The notes below the pieces were generated by a model, which was not told the DNA's origin, did not search any database, and was given only the letters and a program-made list of their open reading frames with translations. This document shows positions 9,308-18,493 of a stretch of DNA of 64,000 nt, piece by piece. The position numbers and the translations under genes are program-made. How positions within the stretch are numbered: the first letter of the stretch is position 1; each line of letters starts with the position of its first letter. The stretch covers positions 416,001 through 480,000 of the forward strand of contig OZ241981.1 in assembly GCA_965204345.1 (NCBI GenBank), written 5' to 3'. Source of the DNA: Nitrosopumilus sp. Its GTDB lineage: Archaea; Thermoproteota; Nitrososphaeria; Nitrososphaerales; Nitrosopumilaceae.

Positions 9308-9922
9308 ATGAGAAAGCTGGGAACCATAGATTTGGAGATTTTACATTTGGCAATAAACAAAGACGATACGTTTGATGAAACGGATTTGGAAAAATCGGAA
9401 TTAAGGCGGCTGGGAGTTGGAAGGATTTTGGATTCCCTTGCAACACTAAAGGATAGAAAAATGCTGTCACTAAACAGGGACGGCTCATTTACAATTACAG
9501 AATTTGCAAGGGAGATTCTATGGAGTAAAAAAATGCCAACATGGGCCAAAATACTGCAGCTATTGCAGATAAAATCATGCAGTATCAAACAGATATCAGA
9601 CATTCTCAAAATATCAGCAGATAAACTAGATGTGGATTTGGAAAAATTAAGACAGAGCCAATTCGTACTAATGTCGCCGCAGAGACAAGATGAGAAAATA
9701 GTAAAAATGTTTGAAATTTTGCCAGAAGGAATAAAAGAACTAGACAGGACAGAGGCCAGGGGCTTTGATAAAACAAAACTTGGAGAGGCAGAGCCAGAAA
9801 AAGAAATCCTAAGCACCATTGATGAGGTAATTGCAGACATTCAAGGAACAGAGATAACACAGGCAAAAAAAGGGCAGATTACAAAGAAATTATCTAGCCT
9901 GAAGGAAAGACTGGAGATTTAA
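9308..9922 (+). CDS. Winged-helix domain protein (tandem wHTH-like)
   Basis: Two helix-turn-helix-plus-wing-like segments (GSFTITEFAREIL; MFEILPEGIKEL). Confidence 0.65.
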   Translation: MRKLGTIDLEILHLAINKDDTFDETDLEKSELRRLGVGRILDSLATLKDRKMLSLNRDGSFTITEFAREILWSKKMPTWAKILQLLQIKSCSIKQISDILKISADKLDVDLEKLRQSQFVLMSPQRQDEKIVKMFEILPEGIKELDRTEARGFDKTKLGEAEPEKEILSTIDEVIADIQGTEITQAKKGQITKKLSSLKERLEI

Positions 9923-9926
9923 TGTG

Positions 9927-11651
9927 CTATTTTGAGCGAATCTTGTCCTGTATCTGAGCCAAGATGAGCTCTGCCTTGTCCTTATTCTCGTAATTTTCTG
10001 CAGATTCATCCATGATCTCATCAATTTCATAACTTTTGTCAACTAGGACGTTTGCAACATGATCATCTAGCGTACCATTGCCAATCAGATAGTATGCAAA
10101 TACGGTATTTTGCTGTCCAATTCTGTGAAGCCTGTCTTCTGCCTGCCTGTGAATTGCAGGACTCCAGTCAAGCTCGGCAAAAATAACATATTTTGCCCTA
10201 GTCAGATTTATGCCCACGTTGCCTGCACGAATTCCGGCAATCATCAGTTTTGATTCCCCCTTTTGGAATTTGTCTATCTGATCCTGACGCAAGGCATCAG
10301 ATTGCCCGCCAATAATTGATACAGGAGAAAATTCCTGAAGGCTTTCATGAAGCAGTTTGTGAATCACTTTATGGTGACAAAATACAACCACGCTCTCCTC
10401 AATCTCCATAATGTTTTTGACAAAGTTAATCACGTGTGGAACCTTGGCAATGCCTGCAATTTGTCGCTCGCTCTGAATTGCCCTATTGTAGGATGCAGAT
10501 TTTGAGAATTCGGATTCGGCATCCTTTTGTTCCACTTCAACTTTCTTCCAGATTTTATCAAGCTCCTCCAAATAGTAATCAGTGTCAGCTGCAATAACTT
10601 CCTTGTATCGAACTTTGTCTTTTAGCTCCTTGAGAACGTCGGATTTTTTTCGTCTAAGCATGACATGTTTTTGCAGTTCGTTCCTAAGCGAGGCGCGCTT
10701 GTTTTCTAAAACAATTGCTTTTCCTTTTTCGTTGACATAGCAAAAGTACTCACAAAATTCCTTAAAGCTTCCCAGCAATCCGGGCTTGATAATATCAATG
10801 ATTGGCCATATTTCAGAGCCCCTGTTATAAATTGGAGTGCCAGAAAGCCCGATTCGGTACAAGACTGAAGAAAGGGCGGCTAATTTTTTTACAGCTTTGT
10901 ATTTCTGAGTCGTTTTTGATCTCAGGTTGTGGACCTCATCGCAGACAATGGTCTTGATTCCCAATTTGGACAGGTCATCATTTCTTTTAAAGAGCAGCTC
11001 ATAATTAATTATGTAAATGTCAGTTTTTGGCAATTCCTTGGATTTTCCAGTTCTGATGATGGTGACACTGGGGGATTCGGATTCAACAACCCTTCCATTT
11101 CTGCTTTTTTTCTTTAAAAATTTTGCAATCTCCCGCTCCCAGTTATTCAAGGTGACCAAGGGGGCAACAACAAGTAGCGGAAATGTCTGCTTTTCAGTTG
11201 CAGCATAGGACAGTGTCTGAACGGTCTTTCCAAGACCCATCTCATCGGCCAACAATGCATTGCCTGAGGATTTGAGCAAAAAGTCCAGTCCCTCTTTTTG
11301 AAAGTTTAACAGCTTTCCCCTGAATTGCTCACCTGTTTTTGCCCGTTTTAGCTTTAGCTTGACAGGAGGCAAGGCAGGTTTTGGGGCATATGTTTTTACA
11401 ATTTTTCGCTGCCAGATGGATTTTGAGAGAATTTCAAGGGGGTACCTATCCATGATTAGCTTTAGCTGCTTTACAGTCTCTGTACTGTCAGGAATTATGA
11501 TTTCATTGACGTTTTCGCCATACCAGGCCTCAGTAACAAGCCTGGAGATCATGCTGACGGCACGATCGCCTGTAACCTTCCAGCTCCATATTTTCGAATA
11601 CTTGTCAAGGACGTATTCCAATGTGCCAATGTTTTCCATGGATGTTTCCAT
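9927..11651 (-). CDS. SNF2-family helicase/ATPase (SMARCAL1/HARP-like)
   Basis: LLADEMGLGKTVQ, DEVHNLR, LSGTPIYN, GINLTRA, WSPAIHRQAEDRLHRIGQ. Confidence 0.95.
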   Translation of the reverse strand: METSMENIGTLEYVLDKYSKIWSWKVTGDRAVSMISRLVTEAWYGENVNEIIIPDSTETVKQLKLIMDRYPLEILSKSIWQRKIVKTYAPKPALPPVKLKLKRAKTGEQFRGKLLNFQKEGLDFLLKSSGNALLADEMGLGKTVQTLSYAATEKQTFPLLVVAPLVTLNNWEREIAKFLKKKSRNGRVVESESPSVTIIRTGKSKELPKTDIYIINYELLFKRNDDLSKLGIKTIVCDEVHNLRSKTTQKYKAVKKLAALSSVLYRIGLSGTPIYNRGSEIWPIIDIIKPGLLGSFKEFCEYFCYVNEKGKAIVLENKRASLRNELQKHVMLRRKKSDVLKELKDKVRYKEVIAADTDYYLEELDKIWKKVEVEQKDAESEFSKSASYNRAIQSERQIAGIAKVPHVINFVKNIMEIEESVVVFCHHKVIHKLLHESLQEFSPVSIIGGQSDALRQDQIDKFQKGESKLMIAGIRAGNVGINLTRAKYVIFAELDWSPAIHRQAEDRLHRIGQQNTVFAYYLIGNGTLDDHVANVLVDKSYEIDEIMDESAENYENKDKAELILAQIQDKIRSK

Positions 11652-11897
11652 AATTTGTGGAGAGAAAGTTTTTTTGCCTTATGAATCTTCATATTTTCCC
11701 CGATCATTAAAAGGGAGATCAGAAAACTACAATGGTTAAAATATGATAGTGTTTTTTATGTTAGGACAAAATTGTCAGGATGGATCGGCAGGCTCAAAAT
11801 GTCAAAGCCAAGGCATTCCAAGCAGCAAGTCACAGCTTGAAAAATAAAAAAAACCGTTGCGACATACGTTTAAAGTTCATTATCATGCAGGTAAAGC

Positions 11898-12581
11898 ATG
11901 GAGTTTATACAAGATGCCAAGCCGGACATTAAAAAGCCAATCATCATAGCGGCAATGCAGGACATGGGAAGCGTCGGGAGCATTGTCATAGATTTCATTA
12001 ACGAGTCACTTGGAACAAAAATATTCAGAACAGCGCAGACATCCTCCCCAACATACGTCATAGACAACGGGGGATACATTGATCTTCCGGATGAAAGATG
12101 GGAATACAGATACACCGAGGATTTGATAGTTTTTGGGGGCGGGGAGGGACAGCCACAAAACAGCAGTGAGTTAAACACATTATGTCAGGACGTTATCAGC
12201 ACTGCAAAAAAATATTCTGCAAAATTCATCTATACTGTGGGAGGATTTCATACCAATCGAGTTCTTACAAATATGCCAAAGACATACATCACGACAACAT
12301 CAAGGGAGCTTACAAGACAGGTGGAAGGGCTGAAAGTTCATACCACGCCGCCCCAAAAATCACTGATTACGGGATTTAACGGGTTAATTCTCGGATTTGC
12401 AAAGAAAAACGAGATTCAGGGAATAGGAATGTACGGGGAATTAAACGAGCCAAAAATCCCCCAGTACAGGGCAGCCATAAGCATCATTAAAACCCTAGAA
12501 ACACTGACATACAGAAAATTAGGAAATACAGAAGAACTAGAAAGAAGAGCCAAGGAAATAGAGAGAAAGTTTCAAAATTAG
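11898..12581 (+). CDS. PAC2 family proteasome assembly chaperone
   Basis: MQDMGSVGSI, IYTVGGF, ITGFNGLILG, PQYRAA match the PAC2/DUF75 pattern. Confidence 0.88.
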   Translation: MEFIQDAKPDIKKPIIIAAMQDMGSVGSIVIDFINESLGTKIFRTAQTSSPTYVIDNGGYIDLPDERWEYRYTEDLIVFGGGEGQPQNSSELNTLCQDVISTAKKYSAKFIYTVGGFHTNRVLTNMPKTYITTTSRELTRQVEGLKVHTTPPQKSLITGFNGLILGFAKKNEIQGIGMYGELNEPKIPQYRAAISIIKTLETLTYRKLGNTEELERRAKEIERKFQN

Positions 12582-12583
12582 GT

Positions 12584-12718
12584 TCAGTGGGGTTTGCCTA
12601 CCTGATGGGGCTGGGTATTCTCATCATGGCAATCACAGCTGCAAAGATGGGTCTTGTGATTGTTCATACAGTCAATGCATTCAAAGTGTTTTCTTGTTTC
12701 ACAAGCAGCACAAATCAT
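12584..12718 (-). CDS. Cys/His-rich microprotein, metallothionein-like (44 aa, not in ORF track)
   Basis: MICAACETRKHFECIDCMNNHKTHLCSCDCHDENTQPHQVGKPH*; 7 Cys and 6 His; stop lies 2 nt from the convergent PAC2 stop. Confidence 0.7.
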   Translation of the reverse strand: MICAACETRKHFECIDCMNNHKTHLCSCDCHDENTQPHQVGKPH

Positions 12719-13007
12719 CCCAATACTGTTAAAGTATAGAAGAATTTGAGTTTTTTCTCTAGTTTTAGGTTTTAATGCCTGATCTTGCTTTGGTTAATAG
12801 GTCATCAGCTGCCTGTTTTTGGCTCTGCATAGATTGCGTTTGGCAGTTCTTTGCATATTCTCATTTGGCATCTTCAGACAGCCAGTCAATTAATACAGTT
12901 TTAGGAATATAGTATAAAATTGGGTGGAATTACTCAACAAAAATTCAAAAATAGCGAATTTTTATTCATACTTTGTCTTAACTGTGCAAATCAAAACAAA
13001 GTCTCAC

Positions 13008-13895
13008 ATGCACAAAAAGACACACACAGTAATGGGGCTAGTTGCAGTGTTGGCATTATTTTCATTTATTCCCAGTGCTCAGGCAGAACTCTCAGAGTTT
13101 GTCATCGAGCTGAACATTGAAAAAGATATCATCTATGAGGGGGAAACAGTTGTGGTTACAGGCAGAGTAATTGATCACGCATATGAGCCGACTAGAGGCG
13201 TAGAGGTATTTGTAAGGACAGGATCAGATACGGCCAAGACTTTTACGGATACCAAGGGATTCTTTACAGTAGAATTTGAGGATTTTCAGGGAATACCTGG
13301 GACATATACGGTTAATGTGGCCGCATCATGGTATGGCATGAGAGGACTTGCAAGTACACAGTTTCAGGTAAATGGGGATGGCACGCCAAGCTCAGCATTA
13401 CAAGAAAAACTATCAACCAAAGAGGCACAAAAATATCTCAGTGCAGAGGAGAGTGACTTTGAGAAAAACCCGGTAGGTCAGATATTATTCAGATATTACC
13501 ATGGACTGCATGATGAGTTAATACAGCAAAACAAGGAATCAGCAAAATTATCAGACGAGGAGATTCACATAAAACAGCAAAGAGAGATTGCAGAGAAACT
13601 AAGAATGGCAGACATTGCACTGTTTAGTCTAGACATGAGAATTTTAGAGGATGATGATAGTTACGAGCATTATATCAGTGGACTGAATCCGCAGATTAGA
13701 GACTTGGTAGCTTACCAGCTGAATTTTACACGAAATAACGTAATTGAGGCCCAAATCCTCAGAGATGAAATTATTGCAAATGGCGGAACCTATGAGCAAG
13801 CAAGGCAGGCATATTTGGAAATGATTTCGATTCCAAAACAAGTTTTAGAAGAATTCAATGAAAAATATCAAAAAGCTGAAAAGCACGTAGATTAG
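13008..13895 (+). CDS. Secreted protein with N-terminal Ig/carboxypeptidase-regulatory-like domain and helical C-terminus
   Basis: Signal peptide (GLVAVLALFSFIPSAQA), VVVTGRVID..TDTKGFF..PGTYTVNV; probable start 13008 or the next ATG. Confidence 0.75.
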   Translation: MHKKTHTVMGLVAVLALFSFIPSAQAELSEFVIELNIEKDIIYEGETVVVTGRVIDHAYEPTRGVEVFVRTGSDTAKTFTDTKGFFTVEFEDFQGIPGTYTVNVAASWYGMRGLASTQFQVNGDGTPSSALQEKLSTKEAQKYLSAEESDFEKNPVGQILFRYYHGLHDELIQQNKESAKLSDEEIHIKQQREIAEKLRMADIALFSLDMRILEDDDSYEHYISGLNPQIRDLVAYQLNFTRNNVIEAQILRDEIIANGGTYEQARQAYLEMISIPKQVLEEFNEKYQKAEKHVD

Positions 13896-14159
13896 ACAGC
13901 AATGTGAAAACCCTGCGCATATTCAGGTAGGCAAAATCACCTAAAATACACCAATAAAAGCAGACATCCCAGGCCTGTTGTGCCAGTAGTGTATTGTGTC
14001 CCCTAGTGGCCCTCATCTAGAATTCTCAAGCAAGAGTTGGCAGGCATCTAAAAAATGCCTGCCTGTGAAAAGCGCAGATCTCAAGAAAAACATTTGCTGT
14101 GCCTGCATCCTTTTTATTTGTCTAAACAATTTTTAATCACGCCAATTAGAGAAAACAGA

Positions 14160-14495
14160 TTGGAGATATTTCATAAATCTGCCTGCATTACATGCAAAAA
14201 GACAATATCAGAAATTCAAAGAATGAACGTGGATCTGAGGACCAGGGATTTTTTCAAGGATCCATTCTCAGAGGCAGAGCTAAAAAAAATAGTAAAAATG
14301 ACAGGCAAGGGCCCATCAGAGCTGCTTAGAAAAAGAGACAAAATGTACAAGAAACTAGATTTGGAAAATGCAAAAAAATCAGACAGTCAAATAATCAAAC
14401 TAATGATAAAACATCCAGGATTGATTTTACGCCCAATAGTCATAACCAAAAGCAGGGCACTTGTTGGAAGAATTGACAAAAATAACTTGGAATAG
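14160..14495 (+). CDS. ArsC/Spx family thioredoxin-fold protein
   Basis: FHKSACITCKK, RDFFKDPFSEAEL, HPGLILRPIV; probable TTG start at 14160. Confidence 0.88.
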   Translation: MEIFHKSACITCKKTISEIQRMNVDLRTRDFFKDPFSEAELKKIVKMTGKGPSELLRKRDKMYKKLDLENAKKSDSQIIKLMIKHPGLILRPIVITKSRALVGRIDKNNLE

Positions 14496-14496
14496 C

Positions 14497-14742
14497 CTAG
14501 TCGGAACCTTCTTGTTTGAAAATTCTGACTGCCTCTAGATGAGAACAGTTGGCCCTTAATCCCTTCCCGTGATGAAACTTGTAGAAATTTTTGAACCCGG
14601 GACACTCACAGGTATCAGAAGTCACAAAATATGACTTTTGAGGATCAGAAGAGGATTTGATTTGAAACAGATCATCCTCAATTTTTACAACGCCTCCACC
14701 CTCTACAAGTTTTTTTGCCTTTCTAATTGTATTGGCACTCAT
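14497..14742 (-). CDS. Small SWIM zinc-finger protein
   Basis: SYFV..CECPGF..CSHLEAV (CxC-xn-CxH). Confidence 0.85.
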   Translation of the reverse strand: MSANTIRKAKKLVEGGGVVKIEDDLFQIKSSSDPQKSYFVTSDTCECPGFKNFYKFHHGKGLRANCSHLEAVRIFKQEGSD

Positions 14743-14989
14743 GAGAAATCAAGTGTGCAACAAAGTTTTATTTGTTGTTTTCATATGTTCATAGATTATT
14801 TAAATGACAGGTGCATGTGATAATGGGCAAGAGGCAGTTTCATGCACACAGGCATGGAATTTGTTTTGGCATCATATGTTGTTAAAGTAAAGACATGTGT
14901 CTTAAGCAGAATTCACACAGACAAAAGAGGAGATTCAAATCTTGGTATTATAAAATAAAAGAGTTTTGAAGGTTACTCAAAACGATTTT

Positions 14990-15313
14990 CTAGCCTGATT
15001 TGTGGTTTTGGAAGCATTCTCTGCAGTAAACAGGCCTGTCTTCTTTTGGCTTGAATGGAACCTGGCAGTCAATTCCACAGTCACCACATTTTACATCATG
15101 CATTTCACGCGGCCTATCATCCCGTCTGCCAAATCTAGAACCACGGTAACCAAATCTGCCCCCACCGCCCTGTCGGGGTGCAGGTCTGTGGTTTTGGAAA
15201 CATTCGCTGCAGTAAACAGGCCTGTCTTCTTTGGGCTTGAATGGAACCTGGCACTCATTGCCACAGTCACCACATGTTGTAGTATGCATTTCTCTTTCTC
15301 TATCAAAGGACAT
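14990..15313 (-). CDS. Tandem CxxC-x17-CxxC zinc-ribbon protein with Gly/Arg linker (putative nucleic-acid binding)
   Basis: Two copies of REMH..CGDCG..CQVPFKPKEDRPVYC.ECFQNH separated by GGGGRFGYRGSRFGRR. Confidence 0.92.
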   Translation of the reverse strand: MSFDREREMHTTTCGDCGNECQVPFKPKEDRPVYCSECFQNHRPAPRQGGGGRFGYRGSRFGRRDDRPREMHDVKCGDCGIDCQVPFKPKEDRPVYCRECFQNHKSG

Positions 15314-15365
15314 GTCTTTCTACAACTTGGTAGATGCCTATAGTAATAAACTGTGGGAAAAACGG

Positions 15366-15434
15366 TTCTGCTGCGTTTATGAGGGATAGAGACGAATCTG
15401 TTTGGTAGCACAAGTTTTAATCAAGCCCTGCAAA
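15366..15434. repeat. ~70-bp dispersed repeat, copy 1 (copy 2 at 51424-51493)
   Basis: ttctgctgcgtttatgagggatagagacgaatctgtttggtagcacaagttttaatcaagccctgcaaa aligns almost without gaps to copy 2. Confidence 0.85.
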
Positions 15435-15783
15435 CACACCAACCTAAATGTTTGTGGGATGTTTCTCTGTTCCTCAGATTCTTTTCTGCACATATCACAG
15501 AGCAATATTTGAGATCATCTTCTGCATCTCCCTGAGAACATTACGATTTTGATCATAAAATGCACAGCAAATGGTGTCTCTCTTTTTATTGCCTGTTTTT
15601 ACATTCCTTGCACATACGAGTCAAAATGCCCATGAATGGGCCTACTGTCTATCTCTTTTGCAGCAGACAGATATTGCCCTGGTCCCATCTAATTGGCGCT
15701 CACTGTTTTTTGAGCGCTTTGCAGCAGAATTGTCTTTTTTTTTGAGGTGAAATGCCAAAAACGCAATAATCTTTTTTTCGGTG

Positions 15784-15957
15784 CTAAAATCCAAAGGGGA
15801 CAAACCCAAATATCACAAGTGTGATACCTGCAACTGCTGCTATCAGATGTACATTGGAGGATGCAGCAGCCACAACGCAGATGGAGCCAAGCATCAGACA
15901 GAGAAACTCACGCGGAGAGAATGTCCTTATTCTGAGGTTTATCCAGCGGGAATCCAT
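15784..15957 (-). CDS. Small two-helix membrane protein
   Basis: MDSRWINLRIRTFSPREFLCLMLGSICVVAAASSNVHLIAAVAGITLVIFGFVPFGF; two hydrophobic segments. Confidence 0.55.
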   Translation of the reverse strand: MDSRWINLRIRTFSPREFLCLMLGSICVVAAASSNVHLIAAVAGITLVIFGFVPFGF

Positions 15958-16647
15958 CAGTGACTTGCTTGGGACAGAGAGCACTTGCATGCCATGTTAA
16001 GATGGTTTTGTATTAAAGGGGAAAATTACAAGGCCATAGTTGAAAGGCGATGTAGAGCTTCTCCCCTAGCCTTTCTATTTTGGAAAAATTTTTAGTCCAT
16101 AGATCATATGAACTCAGTTGATTGGAATTTTTCCCCAAGTCATAGTTGGCAACTTCCCATTGCTGTATGCAGTAAAACCGTATTTTCTCACATACAAATA
16201 TTCTTAGAATTTAAAGTTCTAAGAGCGTACGAATTTAGCTGGTCACCCAACGAAAAGGACAATTGTTGGTTGAAATTGATCTTGTGATTTTATTTTAAGT
16301 GATCATCGAAAGGTTCTGCCGTGATTTGGCGCAGTAATCTCTTGTTTTGAGCCATCTTCTCGTATGTGATATTCCACAACTGCCAGTCCTCTTTGAATTG
16401 CTTTATTCATACAATTAGAGAAAAACATACTGGAATTTATGTTAGTCCTCTAACGTAATACTTTAGCACCCAAATGTAACACAGGTTTAAAGTCAGGCAA
16501 AACGATCCAACAGGTACCAGTGTAAATAATTTTGAACTAATTGAGGAAAACGAATTAAAACACATAATGAGTTGAAGATAAAATCATTGTAAGTAAAGAA
16601 AACAACACAGAAAAATCAAATTCAAAATACAAAAAGAGAAAGGCGAG

Positions 16648-16959
16648 TTATTGTGCAGATGTCTTTATCTCAAGCGGCTCAGTTTTTCTTACCAATTCTG
16701 GTTTCACTTTTGTATTTTCAACAACTTCAAACATTTTCTTTATGTTTGAGGAAACATTAACATCAAAAACTTGGCATTGTTGTTTTGATTTGCACTGTAA
16801 ATATTCATGTGCAAATGAACGGCTTATGGATTTAATGCCAGTAAAATCGATCAAAACTTCTTTTGCATCTTGGAATTCATTTGCTTTGAAAATGCCTGAA
16901 GCCATATTCCGCAGTGATAAATCCTCGGATACTCTATCTTTTAATATCAGCACAGTCAT
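16648..16959 (-). CDS. STAS-like (DUF4325-type) protein
   Basis: VLIDFTGIKSISRSFAHEYL is the DF.G...IS.SF..E signature; AT-rich codon usage. Confidence 0.85.
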   Translation of the reverse strand: MTVLILKDRVSEDLSLRNMASGIFKANEFQDAKEVLIDFTGIKSISRSFAHEYLQCKSKQQCQVFDVNVSSNIKKMFEVVENTKVKPELVRKTEPLEIKTSAQ

Positions 16960-17065
16960 ACTTTTCTATGTATCTTACAAATTATAAATCTTTTATTCTA
17001 TTTGGCACAGTCATAAATATTAATTTCAGGCATAAATGCCACGAAAATATGCAGATTTAACCAAT

Positions 17066-17851
17066 TTATTCAACATAGTCGTAGATATTAATTTTAGGAG
17101 TATTTTTTGGTATTCTGACTGAGATTAAAGTACCGTTTAATCCGGCGGATTCAGTTAATCGATATAATTCATCTCCATTACGATCAACATGAACAGCACC
17201 ATTACCAGATACAATAAAAAATTTTGAATTCAGACCTTTAATAAATAGATTAAGCGAAGTTCTTAATCCAAAACCTCTGTCATTATCCTTAGTTGACATA
17301 CCGTTTAACGCTTCACGAATTGCGTTACTTGCTTCATCAGGCAGCTTTTTTTCCTTAAAGCTCTGCGGTATGGTAATCCCATTATCGTAAAATGATAAAT
17401 CAATAAATCCTTTGGAATCATAACGTTGTCCCATTATCAATGCTTTAGTAAAATTAGAATGTTCGTAAATATTATCAATCAATTCACTTACAACATATTT
17501 GAATGCGGATATACCACCAAAATCTGATGTGTTTTTTTGCATTGCAAATATTTCTTTCAAATATCCTTCAACCTCTTCACAGCTTTCAGGCAATGTGACA
17601 ATAGGAGTATATGTGTGTTGTAAATTAGATGGTGGTAAATCAATCATTGTTGTAATATAATTTGCAACATTTGTTGATTTAGGAGGGATATAATTTTCTC
17701 GATTTTTAACAATGATTTCACTTAATGGCAAAAAAGTTGTAGGAAATACAAACGACGTATCACTTAAATCTATTTTGCCAGAATTCTCAAATTCAGATTT
17801 ATAATTCACAAATTCAACATACTCTGTTACTAAACTTGGATATGAAGACAT
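17066..17851 (-). CDS. GHKL/histidine-kinase-like ATPase (anti-sigma-factor kinase-like)
   Basis: N box SELIDNIYEHS, G1 DNGITIP, G2 RGFGL, G3 GTLISVRIP; AT-rich. Confidence 0.88.
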   Translation of the reverse strand: MSSYPSLVTEYVEFVNYKSEFENSGKIDLSDTSFVFPTTFLPLSEIIVKNRENYIPPKSTNVANYITTMIDLPPSNLQHTYTPIVTLPESCEEVEGYLKEIFAMQKNTSDFGGISAFKYVVSELIDNIYEHSNFTKALIMGQRYDSKGFIDLSFYDNGITIPQSFKEKKLPDEASNAIREALNGMSTKDNDRGFGLRTSLNLFIKGLNSKFFIVSGNGAVHVDRNGDELYRLTESAGLNGTLISVRIPKNTPKINIYDYVE

Positions 17852-18104
17852 AATCAGATATTGTTATGCTAATATATGAATCGTAGCAAGGAAAGATACT
17901 TCCATGAAAAATTCAGAATGGACATACGCAGATAAAATATTATTTGACACCTACGATCTTAGATGTACTTATAGTGTTTTGAGGTTCTGGTAAATTCTGG
18001 TATTCTATTATTCCATAAAATCCAAATTTGAGGAAGAACCGTATTTCGGATCTGGATAAGTTAGAAGAACATTCGTTTTAGCCCTTTAATGCAATTTCAT
18101 ACTG

Positions 18105-18347
18105 TTGTTATTGTGTCTGAAGACAGGCAAATTACACCCAAGGAAACACCACACAAGATATGGCGGTTTGGAGACTTGGCTGTGGATAATTATTACGGGC
18201 CTCATCTGCATGTACTGTACAAGGACACAAATCCTCAAGCTGCAAATAGCCATCTATGCACTCAATATGGTTTCCAATGTGGCATGGATGGCAATCCACA
18301 TAGTTGCCATAATAGTACTAGGCGATGCGATATCTCAGTGGCAGTAG
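18105..18347 (+). pseudogene. Probable fragment of an EamA/SMR-like small membrane transporter
   Basis: Hydrophobic helices ending IVAIIVLGDAISQWQ*, resembling the LGE.IS..Q end of DMT-family repeats; truncated, with a poor start. Confidence 0.35.
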
Positions 18348-18493
18348 AGTTCTGCCAAAAGAATTCCTCCTGATAGGGGGCAGGCATTGTGTATGGTTTC
18401 TTTACGCCTCCAAGCCCCCCCCCCATGTCACGTATTATTAGCAGTGTCAAAAAAACATCTATTGTTATAAACTAACTAGATTACTTTGAACTA

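Noticed and set aside
12760-12890. Minus-strand coding-like fragment (DWLSEDAK*EYAKNCQTQSMQSQKQAADDLL)
   Set aside because: Interrupted by a stop and too short to assign; possibly a pseudogene remnant but unsupported.
9927-14742. SNF2 helicase with nearby SWIM protein as a defence system
   Set aside because: The genes are not adjacent, composition is core-like, and there are no nuclease or methylase partners.
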